Assembly (NCBI GenBank): GCA_963842885.1
Contig: CAWJIE010000002.1
Location: forward strand, 222,020 to 286,019
Length of the DNA stretch: 64,000 nt
Direction: 5' to 3'
Source of the DNA: an uncultured Nitrososphaerota archaeon
GTDB lineage: Archaea; Thermoproteota; Nitrososphaeria; Conexivisphaerales; DTJL01
Part shown: in pieces, positions 10,528 to 20,673 of the stretch
Layout of the letters: each line of letters starts with the position of its first letter
How positions within the stretch are numbered: position 1 is the first letter of the stretch
Position numbers and translations under genes: made by a program
The notes under the pieces: generated by a model
What the model was told of the DNA's origin: nothing
Seen by the model: only the letters and a program-made list of their open reading frames with translations
Databases searched by the model: none

Positions 10528-11532
10528 CTACGATACCCTGACCCTCGGGTCCACCATGCCGTAGACAAGATCCACGATAAGGTTCGCGAAGAGAACCATT
10601 ATGGTGATCACTATGGTGATACCTTCAACGGTGGTGATGTCCAGCGAAAGAGCAGCCTGAGTGAAGGCATACCCTAGACCAGGCCAAGTGAACGCCGTCT
10701 CAAGTGCTGGGGCTCCGCCCAAAGCAGCGCCTATCGAGAGGCCCACCAGAGTGATGATTGGTGATATGGCGTTCTTCAGGGCATGGCGGTAGGTGATCGT
10801 CCTGTCGCTCAGGCCACTGGCGTAGGCCGCTAGGATGTAGTCCTGCCTCATCACTTCGAGCATGTTTCCTCTCAGCACCCTCACCCAGGTCGCTATTTCA
10901 ACGTAGGTGAGGACAGCCATGGGGAGAATGAGATGCGCGATACTGTCCATGAACGGGCTCCCCCACCAGAGCCTCAGACCTCCTGCGGTCGCCCCGTAGG
11001 ATGGGAGTATCGGGATGTAGAACGCGAAAACAACTATGAGCATAAGCCCGAGCCAGAAGGTGGGCATGGAGTACCCGAAGATTGTCGCGCCCGTTATGAC
11101 GTAGTCCGACTTGGTGTACTGATGCTTGGCCGAGTAGATGGCGACGGGGATTCCTATGGCCAGAGAAAGGAAAAGGGCTGAAAGCTGGAGGTAGAGCGTC
11201 GTCCAAGTCCATGCTCCTATCTCTAGAGCAACGGGCCTGTTCGTCGTCGTAGATACCCCTAGGTTAAAGTGAATAAGATTCCAGAGATAGTAGAGGTATC
11301 GCAGGGTGACGGGCTGGTCGAGGTGATAGTAGGCCGTGAGTTCCGCGATAAGGGCAGGGGAAGGCTTCCTCAGGCCATGAAGGACAAGGGCGATCGGGTT
11401 CCCTGCCGCGTTGCCGACAAAGTAGACCAGTATCGTCACTCCGATTAAAATCGGAATCATGAATAGAATCCGTCGAATCACATAATTGAGCAGACTACCC
11501 ACGTAATCTGACCTCGGAGTCCAGTCGGGCAC
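10528..11532 (-). CDS. oppB: Oligopeptide ABC permease
   Basis: YVIRRIL, LDQP, SMPTFWLG, HLILP, RHALKNA, DLVYGMVDPRVR. Confidence 0.95.
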   Translation of the reverse strand: MPDWTPRSDYVGSLLNYVIRRILFMIPILIGVTILVYFVGNAAGNPIALVLHGLRKPSPALIAELTAYYHLDQPVTLRYLYYLWNLIHFNLGVSTTTNRPVALEIGAWTWTTLYLQLSALFLSLAIGIPVAIYSAKHQYTKSDYVITGATIFGYSMPTFWLGLMLIVVFAFYIPILPSYGATAGGLRLWWGSPFMDSIAHLILPMAVLTYVEIATWVRVLRGNMLEVMRQDYILAAYASGLSDRTITYRHALKNAISPIITLVGLSIGAALGGAPALETAFTWPGLGYAFTQAALSLDITTVEGITIVITIMVLFANLIVDLVYGMVDPRVRVS

Positions 11533-11600
11533 GAAGGCCCTCTTATACCTTGCTCAACGCGTATCGATTCAACCGAGCGGAGACCCGAAGGCGTGAATCA

Positions 11601-12735
11601 TTAGACGGCGTGTCCGTCAGACAAGGAGAGAAGAGCGTCAGCCGCCGTGTCGGAGAGATTCCGCGCAAACGAGAAGTCAGGCCCGCGGCTGATTATGAGG
11701 AGCGGGTCGGCCATCTCTCTGTCGAAGACACGAAGGGAATCCATCTTTAGAGGGAGGGAGACGAGCCCCGTCCTATGATGAAGTGAGAAGGGGGACCTGT
11801 AGTCGCCCTGCGGCTTCATCGAGCTCCAATCCACGAGGATCTGGCCCTTTCTGGCCTCCTTGTTCTCTGTCTGAGAGGTCGTGAAGGGCTCATTGAGCGG
11901 GAGACTGGCATAGTCCCTCCGGACATCCTCGTCTCTCAGAGCTGCTTCAAGCCGCATCTCAACGGCCCTCACGATATGGCGGAGAGCACCGAAGTCGAGG
12001 GGTTCCGAATCGCGTCCGATTCTGCATACAACCTGGAAGCCTCGAGAACCGCTGAACTTCACCATTGGACTACACCCCGCTTCCTTTAGAATGCGGAAGG
12101 TGACGGCTGCGGCGTAACCAGCGTATGAAAGGCCATCGGGTCTGCCAGCCAGATCGTCGCCCAGGTCCAAGTCGATCAGGAAGATGTCGGGCCGGCCGTC
12201 AAAGCCATGGACACAAGGGACGAAGTCGACGCAGTGGTCGTACACCAGCCTCGTGACATCCGCTTCATCACGGACCGTGAGGTTCACGGGCTTGGGCTTG
12301 TACTTGGCGTAGCGGACGAAAATGGCCTCTACCTCCTTGATGGGGTCCTTCCTGCCGGAGAAGACCTTGACGGCCGAGAGTGGCCTGTCTACGAGGTAGG
12401 GGAGCATGGTGTCCACCACAGAGGGATAGTACCTCTCGGCGCAGTACACAAGGTAGTAGCTCCTGTTGAGCACCTCCTTGCTGGTCCTTGCCATGCCGCC
12501 AACGTAGGCGTCGATGGCCCTTCTCCTGTAGAAGCCTTTGCCGTCCTCGCGCTATGAGGCCCTCCTTCACGAGAGAGGAAAGGGCCTCCCGGTAGTCTCT
12601 TTCTGTGGGCTCCGCCTCGCTCAGGAAGGTCATGTCACGGGTCACCTTCTCCATGATGTGATCGAGGGCCACGGCCTTGCCCTCCTCCTTGATGCTCATC
12701 AGAAAGGCTATCCTGTCGTGGAGGCTCAGCGTCAC
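11601..12735 (-). CDS. LigD-polymerase-like archaeo-eukaryotic primase-polymerase with N-terminal wHTH (frameshift near 12550)
   Basis: PDIFLIDLDLG, KFSGSRGFQV, ILVDW, SPFSLH motifs; upstream frame MSIKEE..REALSSLVKEGLI joins by removing one base. Confidence 0.75.
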
Positions 12736-12831
12736 ATGAACAGGGGAGCTGGCGTCGCTTCTCGTTGCTGCCACCGATGGGCGAGAGGGACGAGTCACGC
12801 TTTTAAGCGTCTCTGGTCCACCTCGTCGCAA

Positions 12832-13507
12832 ATGCGGGTGCGGGCGGCTCTCTTCGACCTGGACGGCACTCTGGTGGAGTTCAAGGTCGACTACAACCTG
12901 GGCAGGAGGATGATACTTCAGTACGCCAGGGACAGGGGATACGACATGGCGGGCCAGACGGACCAGAGGAACATGCACGACATCATCGAGCACTATGCCG
13001 TCATCGGAGACGAAAGCGCCCACGCCGATGTGAAGAAGTACGCGTACGACCTCATGGAGAAGCTGGAGGTGGAGGGTGCGGCCACGACGCGCCCATTCCC
13101 CGACACCATACCCTCACTGCAGGCGCTGAAGAGGGACGGCCTGAAGATGGGGATGGTGACCAACAGCGCCAGGAAGGCCGTGGAGATAGTCCTTCAACGC
13201 TATCCCCTCGGCCGGTACTTCGACGTCATAACCACGAGAGACGACGTAACGCGTGATCAAGCCTGACCCCGGGATCGTCCAGCACACCATAGAGGCCCTT
13301 GGCGTCAGCAGCGATGAGTGCTTCTTCGTCGGGGACGCGCCGGGGGACATGATGGCGGCCAAGTCTCTGCAGATGGTCTCCGTGGGCATCCCGCGGGGGT
13401 TCGCCTCGAAGGAGGCCCTCGTGGGTGCCAACCCCGACTACCTCATCCAGAGCCTGGATGCCCTCCCCGATTTGATATCAGACTTAAAAGCCCACAAGAA
13501 GAGGTGA
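12832..13507 (+). CDS. HAD-superfamily phosphatase (frameshift near 13255)
   Basis: FDLDGTL, VTNS, KPDP, FVGD...D motifs across two frames. Confidence 0.9.
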
Positions 13508-13514
13508 ACGTTCT

Positions 13515-14262
13515 ATGAGCGGAAGCCTCGTCGGGAAGCTCTTCGTGGTCACCGGAGGGAGTGGCGACATCGGCGGCGAGATAGCCCTGGCCGCCGCCGA
13601 AGAGGGCGCCAAGGTTATGGCTACCTACAACTCGGGGAGGGCGAAGGCCGTACGGCTGGAGGCCGCGGCCGTTTCGAAGAAGCTCCCCGTCGAAGTCGAC
13701 AGGCTGGACGTGTCCGACGAAGGAGCCGTGAAGGCGTTCTTCGAATCGGACAGCCGCTCGGCTCGGCCCAATCGATGCCCTCATCAACACGGCCGGCCAC
13801 TCGAGCAAGGAGACGTGGTTCGCCCCCATGGATGAGCTTGATTCGGAGAAATGGCTGGAGGTGATCAAGGTGGACCTGTTGGGGAGCTTCTTCTGCTGCC
13901 GCGAGGCCGCCAAGCACATGAAAGAGGGCTCTTCGATCGTCAACTTCTCTTCGGCGGCCGGAGTCACGGGTCACACTGAAGGGCTTCCGTACACAGCCGC
14001 CAAGGCGGCGCTCATAGGACTGACCAAGAGCCTCGCGGCCATCCTCGGGCCGGGGATACGCGTGAACGCCGTCGCCCCGGGCAACGTGGACGCAGGGAGC
14101 GTCGTGTGGTACGACGAGAAGGCGAGGGGTCAGATGGCTGCCGAAGCCTCGTTGAAGAGGCTGGGGACCAAGCGAGAGGTGGCCAATCTGGCCCTGTTCT
14201 TGGCCTCCGAGAAGTCGTCCTTCATCACGGGCCAGGTGGTGCTCGTTGACGGAGGGATATAG
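13515..14262 (+). CDS. Short-chain dehydrogenase/reductase (frameshift near 13750)
   Basis: TGGSGDIG, YTAAK, VNAVAPG, ITGQVVLVDGG. Confidence 0.9.
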
Positions 14263-14337
14263 CCCTCTCGCATGTCGGACTCTGCCCGAAACTTAAATAC
14301 ATCTCAGCCGGATTTCCCTTCTGGAAGGGTCATCCTC

Positions 14338-15039
14338 TTGAGTAGCGGCAGCAAGCCCGTGTCGGTTAACGTCGATCGCCTGGGCGCGAGGGACAGCTTG
14401 AAGGGCTTCATGAACAGCCTGGTGGCGGAAGGCGTGGAGGCGAGGATGAAGGAGGGGGACGGCTTCCTCTACATAGAGAGCACCTCCACCATCTATGGCC
14501 TGTCTGAGGAGGACCTGGCCAAGGTCGATTCGGGGAAGAGGAAGAAGATCGTCCCCGGGTTCGAGCCGAAGGCCTCCCTGTTCATCGAGGACGACTCGCT
14601 CCATTTCGATTATGGCCATGCGCTCCCTGGCTCGAAGACGTGCTCGGTGCTGCACGGGCACAGCAGCCGCATCTCGGCCGAGATCTTCGGGCAGGTGGGC
14701 CCGAGCGGCATGATCGTCGACTTCGGGGAGGCGAAGTCCGCCATCAAGGAGACCCTGGGGCTGGTGGACCACAAGTTCATCATCGGCAGGAAGTACGTCG
14801 TGGAACGGTCCGCCAAGTCCGTCCACGTCAAGTTCGAAGGTCCCAACGGCGCCTTCGATCTGAGGATGCCGCCGTCTCAGGTGGTCGTGCTGGATGCGGA
14901 GGCGACGAGCGAGAACATCGCCAGGTTCGTGGCGGGGAAGCTCCTGGAGGCCCTCCCACACGGCGTGGACGCAGTGAAGCTCTTCTTCTTCGAGGGAGTC
15001 AACAAGGGAGCATCGTCCTTCAGAGTGATGGGCCATTGA
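14338..15039 (+). CDS. queD: 6-carboxytetrahydropterin synthase (PTPS/QueD) with N-terminal extension
   Basis: FDYGH, CSVLHGH, GMIVDFG, VDHKF, ATSENIA; start uncertain (ORF open from 14272). Confidence 0.85.
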   Translation: MSSGSKPVSVNVDRLGARDSLKGFMNSLVAEGVEARMKEGDGFLYIESTSTIYGLSEEDLAKVDSGKRKKIVPGFEPKASLFIEDDSLHFDYGHALPGSKTCSVLHGHSSRISAEIFGQVGPSGMIVDFGEAKSAIKETLGLVDHKFIIGRKYVVERSAKSVHVKFEGPNGAFDLRMPPSQVVVLDAEATSENIARFVAGKLLEALPHGVDAVKLFFFEGVNKGASSFRVMGH

Positions 15040-15694
15040 AGGCGGTGGTCCTCCTGTCCGGGGGGATCGATTCCGCGTCCGCCCTCTACTGGTGCAAGGA
15101 GAAGGGCTGGGACGTCTACGCGCTCACCTTCGACTACGAGCTCGAGCAGTCGCCCGAGCTCAAGGCGGCCAGGAAGGTGGCCAAGGGGGCCGGCGTCAAG
15201 CGCCACCTCGTCGGTGGAGTCCCCCTTCTACAAGGGGTTGAAGGGTTCTCCATCTTCTCACAGGGGGAAGATCATCGATTCCGACAGCGGAGTGTCTCAG
15301 GCGTATGTTCCGGCCAGGAACATAGTCTTCTTCGGAATGGCGGCCGCGTACGCGGAAACCCTGGGGGCGCGGAAGATCGTGAGCGGGCATAACCTCGGGG
15401 ACGCCGAAAGGTTCCCCGACGCCTCGGAGGGGTTCATCGAAGAGTTCAACCAGCTTTTGCGGCTAGGGTTAAGAACCAGCCGCGGGCGAAGCAACATCGA
15501 GGTCGTCGCGCCATTCGCGAGAATCCTCCAAGACGCAGGTGCTTCGCGAGGCAGTGAGGCTGGGTGTGCCGTTAAAAGACACCTGGAGCTGCTACAACAA
15601 TGGAACGAAGCCATGCGGCGTCTGCTATGGATGCCGCGCGCGCAGGGAGGCTTTCGGCGATATCGGCGTCGAGGACCCGCAATCGGTGAAATAG
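15036..15694 (+). CDS. queC: 7-cyano-7-deazaguanine synthase (two frameshifts near 15213 and 15527)
   Basis: AVVLLSGGIDS, YVPARN, FPD, TWSCY..PCGVCYGC in successive frames. Confidence 0.9.
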
Positions 15695-15697
15695 AAC

Positions 15698-16393
15698 ATG
15701 GAACTGAATCTCGAAGCTGACGTCCAAAGCGAGTATAGCCGTACGGATGTCCGTGCCGGCGTCACCGGGCTGAAGATGATGTTGAGGGTCGGAAGGTACG
15801 TCCTGCCGGCCGATTTCACGGTGACCACCCTGACTCACCATTCCAGGGGGGTCCACATGAGCCGCCTGGTCAGGGCGGCGCAGGATCACAGCGATTCGGC
15901 CCACGTAGAGGATGCCCTGAAGGGCATCGTCAGGCAGGCGAACTCCACGCAGAAGGGCGCGTCGGCCACCGTCCGATTCAACTACCCATTCAAGGACATC
16001 TTCATACCGGTGGAGATAGGGCTGCAGAAGAACGTCTTCACCTACGTTTTGAAGTCGCCCGGGATAACCGCCTGCCCGTGCAGCAAGAAGATGGCCGGGG
16101 TGGGGCACATGCAGAGGGCTTGGCTGACTGTGGCGTTGAACTCTCGAACCTTCGTTGACATCGAGGAGCAGGCCGTCAAGATGCTGTCCTGCTTCAGCGC
16201 GGAGACGACGGCCATGATGAAGAGGGCCGAGGAGGCCATGAAGGTCGTGGAAAGCCAGAAGAACCCCAGGTTCGTCGAGGACGTAGTTCGTGACGCCGCC
16301 AGGAAGTTCCCCGAGGCGTTCTACGTCGAAGCAAGGAGCGAGGAATCAATTCACATGCACGATGCCGTCGCCGTCGTGGACCGCCGAATCTGA
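15698..16393 (+). CDS. GTP cyclohydrolase, FolE2/MptA family
   Basis: RGVHMSR, TACPCS, HMQR, NPRFVEDVVR, EESIHMHDA. Confidence 0.9.
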   Translation: MELNLEADVQSEYSRTDVRAGVTGLKMMLRVGRYVLPADFTVTTLTHHSRGVHMSRLVRAAQDHSDSAHVEDALKGIVRQANSTQKGASATVRFNYPFKDIFIPVEIGLQKNVFTYVLKSPGITACPCSKKMAGVGHMQRAWLTVALNSRTFVDIEEQAVKMLSCFSAETTAMMKRAEEAMKVVESQKNPRFVEDVVRDAARKFPEAFYVEARSEESIHMHDAVAVVDRRI

Positions 16394-16448
16394 ATCGCGG
16401 TCCTCTGTCGGGCGGGGTTTTCACGATGTGCGGCCGTCAGCGAGGAGT

Positions 16449-16510
16449 GGGCTCAGCCTAATGCCTTTAATGTCATCCTTGATCCTTGTAACTCTGATGC
16501 ATCACAGCCC
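16449..16510 (-). ncRNA. Candidate C/D box guide sRNA
   Basis: Minus strand GGGCT-GTGATGC-...-GGATGA-...-CTGA-GCCC, about 60 nt, terminal stem, intergenic. Confidence 0.55.
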
Positions 16511-16591
16511 GTCTCGGATTCACGCCGACGGGCTAAAAGACTTTTCAAGTTCACGAAGGGTTTAAACGACCTCGACTTACCTCATGGCCCG

Positions 16592-17152
16592 TTGGCCGTC
16601 GATTGGGTCGTCCTCGCCGATTGGGTCACGGTAGCCCTAGTGATATCCGTCGTGGTCGGCATCACCCATTCCTTGTTAGGGGTGGGCGTGGATGGTGACA
16701 GGCGAAGGCGGCAAAGGGCCGGTGAGCTCACGCAGCCCTCTACCGGCTACTTCATCCAGGTCACCGCCCAAGACGCGGACTCCTTGCTCCTCTACGGGGA
16801 GGAGATGCTGAAGCGGGGGAACCTTGACGATTGCGTCAAGACGGCCTATTCGGCCGCCGAGGAGCTCCTGCAGCTGGCCTCAGCCAAGATGAACGTCCCG
16901 ACTGAGCATTCCACTCTGGCCGACTTCGGCAGGAGGCTCACTGACGCCGGCTTGTTGCAGCTGGAGATCGGCGAACTCGAGCTGCTGGACACGGTGATAA
17001 GATTTGCAGGGGAGCCCCTCAACCCGCCGACGGCCACGCGGGCCCTGGGCGCCGCGTTCTACCTCCGCAACTATTTCATGCACGCCCCCGTAAGCCTGCC
17101 GAGCGACAAAAAGCCTATAGGCTCTGACGCCCCATCGAATCCTCTGGTTTGA
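16592..17152 (+). CDS. Membrane-anchored HEPN-like protein
   Basis: N-terminal TM helix; EEMLKRGNLDDCVKTAYSAAEELL resembles the HEPN/PaREP1 N-terminal helices. Confidence 0.6.
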   Translation: MAVDWVVLADWVTVALVISVVVGITHSLLGVGVDGDRRRRQRAGELTQPSTGYFIQVTAQDADSLLLYGEEMLKRGNLDDCVKTAYSAAEELLQLASAKMNVPTEHSTLADFGRRLTDAGLLQLEIGELELLDTVIRFAGEPLNPPTATRALGAAFYLRNYFMHAPVSLPSDKKPIGSDAPSNPLV

Positions 17153-17724
17153 AACGAGCGCACCCGTTCAAGAGCGGGATAAGGGTCTTGGGGTTAGCGG
17201 AGTCGTTCGTGCCTTCCAAGGACAGGGAGAGCCTGCTCGCCGGCGTCGTAATGCGCAAGGACCGGGTCATAGACGGCTTCGCGTTCACGAAGACGAAGGT
17301 GGGCGGAGACGATGCCACGAGGAAGATAATCTCCCTCTACGGCTCTCTTAGGAGGAACGACGTCAACGCCATCATGCTCTCGGGAGCCGTTATCTCCTTC
17401 TACAACGTCGTCGACCTTGATAGGGTGCACTCGGAGACGCGCCTCCCACTGGTGTGCCTGACCTACAGGGAGTCGACGGGCTTGGAGGACAGCATCAAGA
17501 GGCATTTCCCCAGGTCGTACAAGAGGAAGCTCGCCCGCTATGAAAGGCTCGGACAGAGGAGAGGCGTGGAGCTGAAGACCGGGAAGAGGGTCTTCGTCAG
17601 GGCTCTGGGCATCGACGAAGAAGACCTCAGGCACCTCCTGGATGCGTTCTCGCTCGAGGGGAAGTACCCCGAACCGGTCCGGGTCGCCGGGCTGCTGGCC
17701 GCGGCGATGCGCGCTATGGCTTGA
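17149..17724 (+). CDS. DUF99 family (endonuclease V-like fold) protein
   Basis: IRVLGLAESF, VGGDDAT, ISFYNVVD, YPEPVRVA. Confidence 0.85.
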   Translation: MKRAHPFKSGIRVLGLAESFVPSKDRESLLAGVVMRKDRVIDGFAFTKTKVGGDDATRKIISLYGSLRRNDVNAIMLSGAVISFYNVVDLDRVHSETRLPLVCLTYRESTGLEDSIKRHFPRSYKRKLARYERLGQRRGVELKTGKRVFVRALGIDEEDLRHLLDAFSLEGKYPEPVRVAGLLAAAMRAMA

Positions 17725-18565
17725 ACCTGAGGTCCAGGACGACCTGGCTGACGCGGGGACCCACCTCTCTGACCACCTTCCCCATCTCCAGGCTCAGCTG
17801 GGGGTAGTCGCCCTTGAGCTCGTCCCAAGCTACTTCGTACGGCTTCGAATCCTCGGTGGCGACGTGGGCGTAATAGTGGACCACGGCGTTGGACCTGCAG
17901 ACTTTGACGGCGTATTGCAGGTATTCCCTGGCCCTCTCTGGGAGAGGCATGATGACCCTGTCGACTCCGGAAGACAACTTCTTCCACAGTTCCGCGCAGT
18001 CGCCGAGCAGGGGAGCCACCCGCCCCTGCACCTTGTTGAGTGCCACGTTGCCCACCATGTAGTCGTAGGCCTCCTTGTTGATCTCGCAGCTGTAGACCAC
18101 GACGTCCCTGTGCCTCTTCGCTATGACTATGGAGTAGGTCCCCACCCCTGCAAACATGTTGAAAACCTCCTCCTTTGCACCCACGAGCCCGGCGATCCGG
18201 GCCCTCTCGGTGGAAAGACGAGGGGAGAAGTACATCTTGGAGATGTCCACCATGAACCGGCACCCGAACTCGGTGTAGAGGGTCGTGGAGCGGGCCTCGC
18301 CTCCCAGGAACTCGAGCCTACGTATCCTGAAGTCACCGTCCACGGGGCCCACCTGGTTCCAGACGGCCTTGATGTTCTTGACCTCCGAGAGGAGGGTGTT
18401 GGCTACGAGCTCCTTCCTCTCCTGGGGAAACGTCTCGGGAAGCTTGACCACGGCCAGGTCCCCTACGGCGTCGAAGCCGCCGGCTACCTGCTCTATTTCC
18501 TCTGGGAGGAGCTTACCTTCCAGGAGCTTCCGGAGCAGCTTTGTCAATGGCCGGGACTCGTCCAT
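17714..18565 (-). CDS. trm5: tRNA m1G37 / wyosine-type methyltransferase (Trm5/Met10+ family)
   Basis: FDAVGDLAV, YFSPRLSTER, MFAGVG, DRVIMPLP. Confidence 0.85.
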   Translation of the reverse strand: MDESRPLTKLLRKLLEGKLLPEEIEQVAGGFDAVGDLAVVKLPETFPQERKELVANTLLSEVKNIKAVWNQVGPVDGDFRIRRLEFLGGEARSTTLYTEFGCRFMVDISKMYFSPRLSTERARIAGLVGAKEEVFNMFAGVGTYSIVIAKRHRDVVVYSCEINKEAYDYMVGNVALNKVQGRVAPLLGDCAELWKKLSSGVDRVIMPLPERAREYLQYAVKVCRSNAVVHYYAHVATEDSKPYEVAWDELKGDYPQLSLEMGKVVREVGPRVSQVVLDLRFKP

Positions 18566-18654
18566 CCCGAAGTCTGGATTTCGCGGGTTAAAGGTTCTAC
18601 CTTCGCCTGAGGTGACCGCGGTGGCGCGGAGACTGCCGAGCCGGATAGAGCTCC

Positions 18655-20472
18655 CTATTTCGACTCTTCCCTGGTGGGCTCCGCCTTGCGAGCCACATAG
18701 TAGTACTGGCCCTTGTCCTTCTGCTCCCTGTCCAGCCTGCTGTCGGGCTTGTTCACGCGTGGTCTCCCGGTGCTCGCGTCCCTCCGATAGGTGATGGAGA
18801 TGTCGCTGAGGAAGAGGTTCATCCCCTTCTCCTTGGCCATCGGCGGGCTGGCATGGCCGCTGATGCCCGGCTCCCCCGTGAAGATGATGAGCGAGTCGGA
18901 GACTATGTCCACGAGCATGATGTCGTGGTCGATTATCACGGCCGACTTGTCCATGGACTTCACGTATCGCTGGACGGCCTTGGCCATGGCGATCCTGTCC
19001 TCGATGTCGGTGAATGCCGACGGTTCGTCCAGGGCGTAGATGTCGGCCTCCTTCAACAGCGCGACGACGACGGCCGTCTTCTGCAGCTCCCCGCCGCTGA
19101 GGCTGGAGACGGTCTTCTCCAGAAGCTTGTCCACCCTGAGGGGCTTGAGGAGCTGGGCCATGTTCTGGCCGCTGCTCCACCTGTCCCCGTTGGTGGCGTT
19201 GAGCAGGTCCTGGACGGTGCCCTCGAAGTCGCTGGTCAGGTACTGGGGCTTGTAGGCGATCTTGGCCTTGGAGAGGGCCTTTCCTTCGTCGGGTTCCAGC
19301 TGCGAAGCCAGGATCTTGAGGAAGGTCGTCTTGCCTAGGGCGTTGGCGCCGAGGACGCCGATCACCTCGCCCTGCTTGATGATCCCGCCTTCAGCCTCGA
19401 GCGTGTATGGCGGATACGACTTCTTGAGACTGGTGTACTCCAGCAGCGAGGCATAGGTGACGTCGCCGGACGGCGGAGAGAAGACGTCGAACGTGACGGG
19501 GCTCTCCCTGAATCGCATGTTCTCCCCGGGTATCCTGCCGTCGAGGAGAGAGTTGATGCCTTCAGAAGTGGTCATGGGCCCGGAGACGATGCCGTAGACC
19601 CCGGGGTCTCCGTAGATGATGTGGACGAAATCGCAGGCGTAGTCGAGGAAGGTGAGGTCATGCTCGACGAGAAGGACGCTCTTCCCTCGGTTGGCCAGCC
19701 CCCGGACGACCTTGGACACCTGAAGGCGCTGGTAGACGTCGTTGAAGGAGCTGGGTTCGTCGAAGAAGTAGATATCGGCGTCCCTTTCGGCGGCCACGAC
19801 GACGGCCAGCCTCTGCAGCTCTCCTCCGCTCAGCTCCTCGGGGAGCTTGCCGACGTCGTCGCTGAGGCTGAGCTGGGCCAGCAGCTCCCTCCCCCTTCCC
19901 GTCTCGTCGTACTGGTCGACGAGCTTCCCTATCGGCTCCTTCCAAGCCTTGGGTATCAGGTAGATGGCCTGCGGTTTCACCGAGGCCTTGATCAGCCCCT
20001 GTCTCAGCTTCTCGAAATGAGGCCTGAGCTCGGTCCCCTGGTACATTTCGAGGATGTCGTCCCAGGAGGGAGGGGCGTCCAGCCTTCCCAGGTTCGGCGT
20101 GAGGCTCCCCGAGAGGATGTTGATGCAGGTGGTCTTCCCCACGCCGTTCTTCCCCACCAGGCCGGTGACGCTTCCGGCCTTCGGCATGGGGAGGCGGTAG
20201 AGCCTGAAGGTGTTGAGGCCGTACTGGTGGACCTTGTTCTGGCCGATCTCCGTCGGGATGTTGACTATGTCGATGGCGTCGAAGGGGCATTTCTTGGTGC
20301 AGATGCCGCAGCCTATGCAGAGGACCTCGTCGATGACCGGATAGCCCTCAGGGTCGGTGAACTCAATCACCTTCTCGCCCATGAGCTCCGGCGGGCAGAA
20401 CTTCTGACACTCGTGCCCGCACTTCTTGAAATTGCAGGCATCTCTTTCCAATACGGCTATTCTATGCTGCAA
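18655..20472 (-). CDS. rli1: Ribosome recycling ATPase ABCE1/Rli1
   Basis: N-terminal FeS (CIGCGICTKKCPF), two ABC domains, TYRRD..GRPRVNK. Confidence 0.97.
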   Translation of the reverse strand: MQHRIAVLERDACNFKKCGHECQKFCPPELMGEKVIEFTDPEGYPVIDEVLCIGCGICTKKCPFDAIDIVNIPTEIGQNKVHQYGLNTFRLYRLPMPKAGSVTGLVGKNGVGKTTCINILSGSLTPNLGRLDAPPSWDDILEMYQGTELRPHFEKLRQGLIKASVKPQAIYLIPKAWKEPIGKLVDQYDETGRGRELLAQLSLSDDVGKLPEELSGGELQRLAVVVAAERDADIYFFDEPSSFNDVYQRLQVSKVVRGLANRGKSVLLVEHDLTFLDYACDFVHIIYGDPGVYGIVSGPMTTSEGINSLLDGRIPGENMRFRESPVTFDVFSPPSGDVTYASLLEYTSLKKSYPPYTLEAEGGIIKQGEVIGVLGANALGKTTFLKILASQLEPDEGKALSKAKIAYKPQYLTSDFEGTVQDLLNATNGDRWSSGQNMAQLLKPLRVDKLLEKTVSSLSGGELQKTAVVVALLKEADIYALDEPSAFTDIEDRIAMAKAVQRYVKSMDKSAVIIDHDIMLVDIVSDSLIIFTGEPGISGHASPPMAKEKGMNLFLSDISITYRRDASTGRPRVNKPDSRLDREQKDKGQYYYVARKAEPTREESK

Positions 20473-20673
20473 CGAAAATCACCCAGGCTGGGGGACGTCA
20501 TAAGACTGAATCGGATTGAGAGGACGAGACGGCGCCATTCAAGGCGTTTCGACGGTCTCCGAGTGGCGGTGGACGATATAAGGGTTTGTCGGCTTGCCCC
20601 GAGCTTCACCCACTAGGTCCTGCTGACGGTGCCGTTCGCGCGTGGGGCAAGACTTATCTCGTAATCAGTTCAC

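Noticed and set aside
14338-16393. Dpd 7-deazaguanine DNA-modification island
   Set aside because: No dpdA/TGT-like or other dpd genes are in the window; archaeosine precursor synthesis is sufficient.
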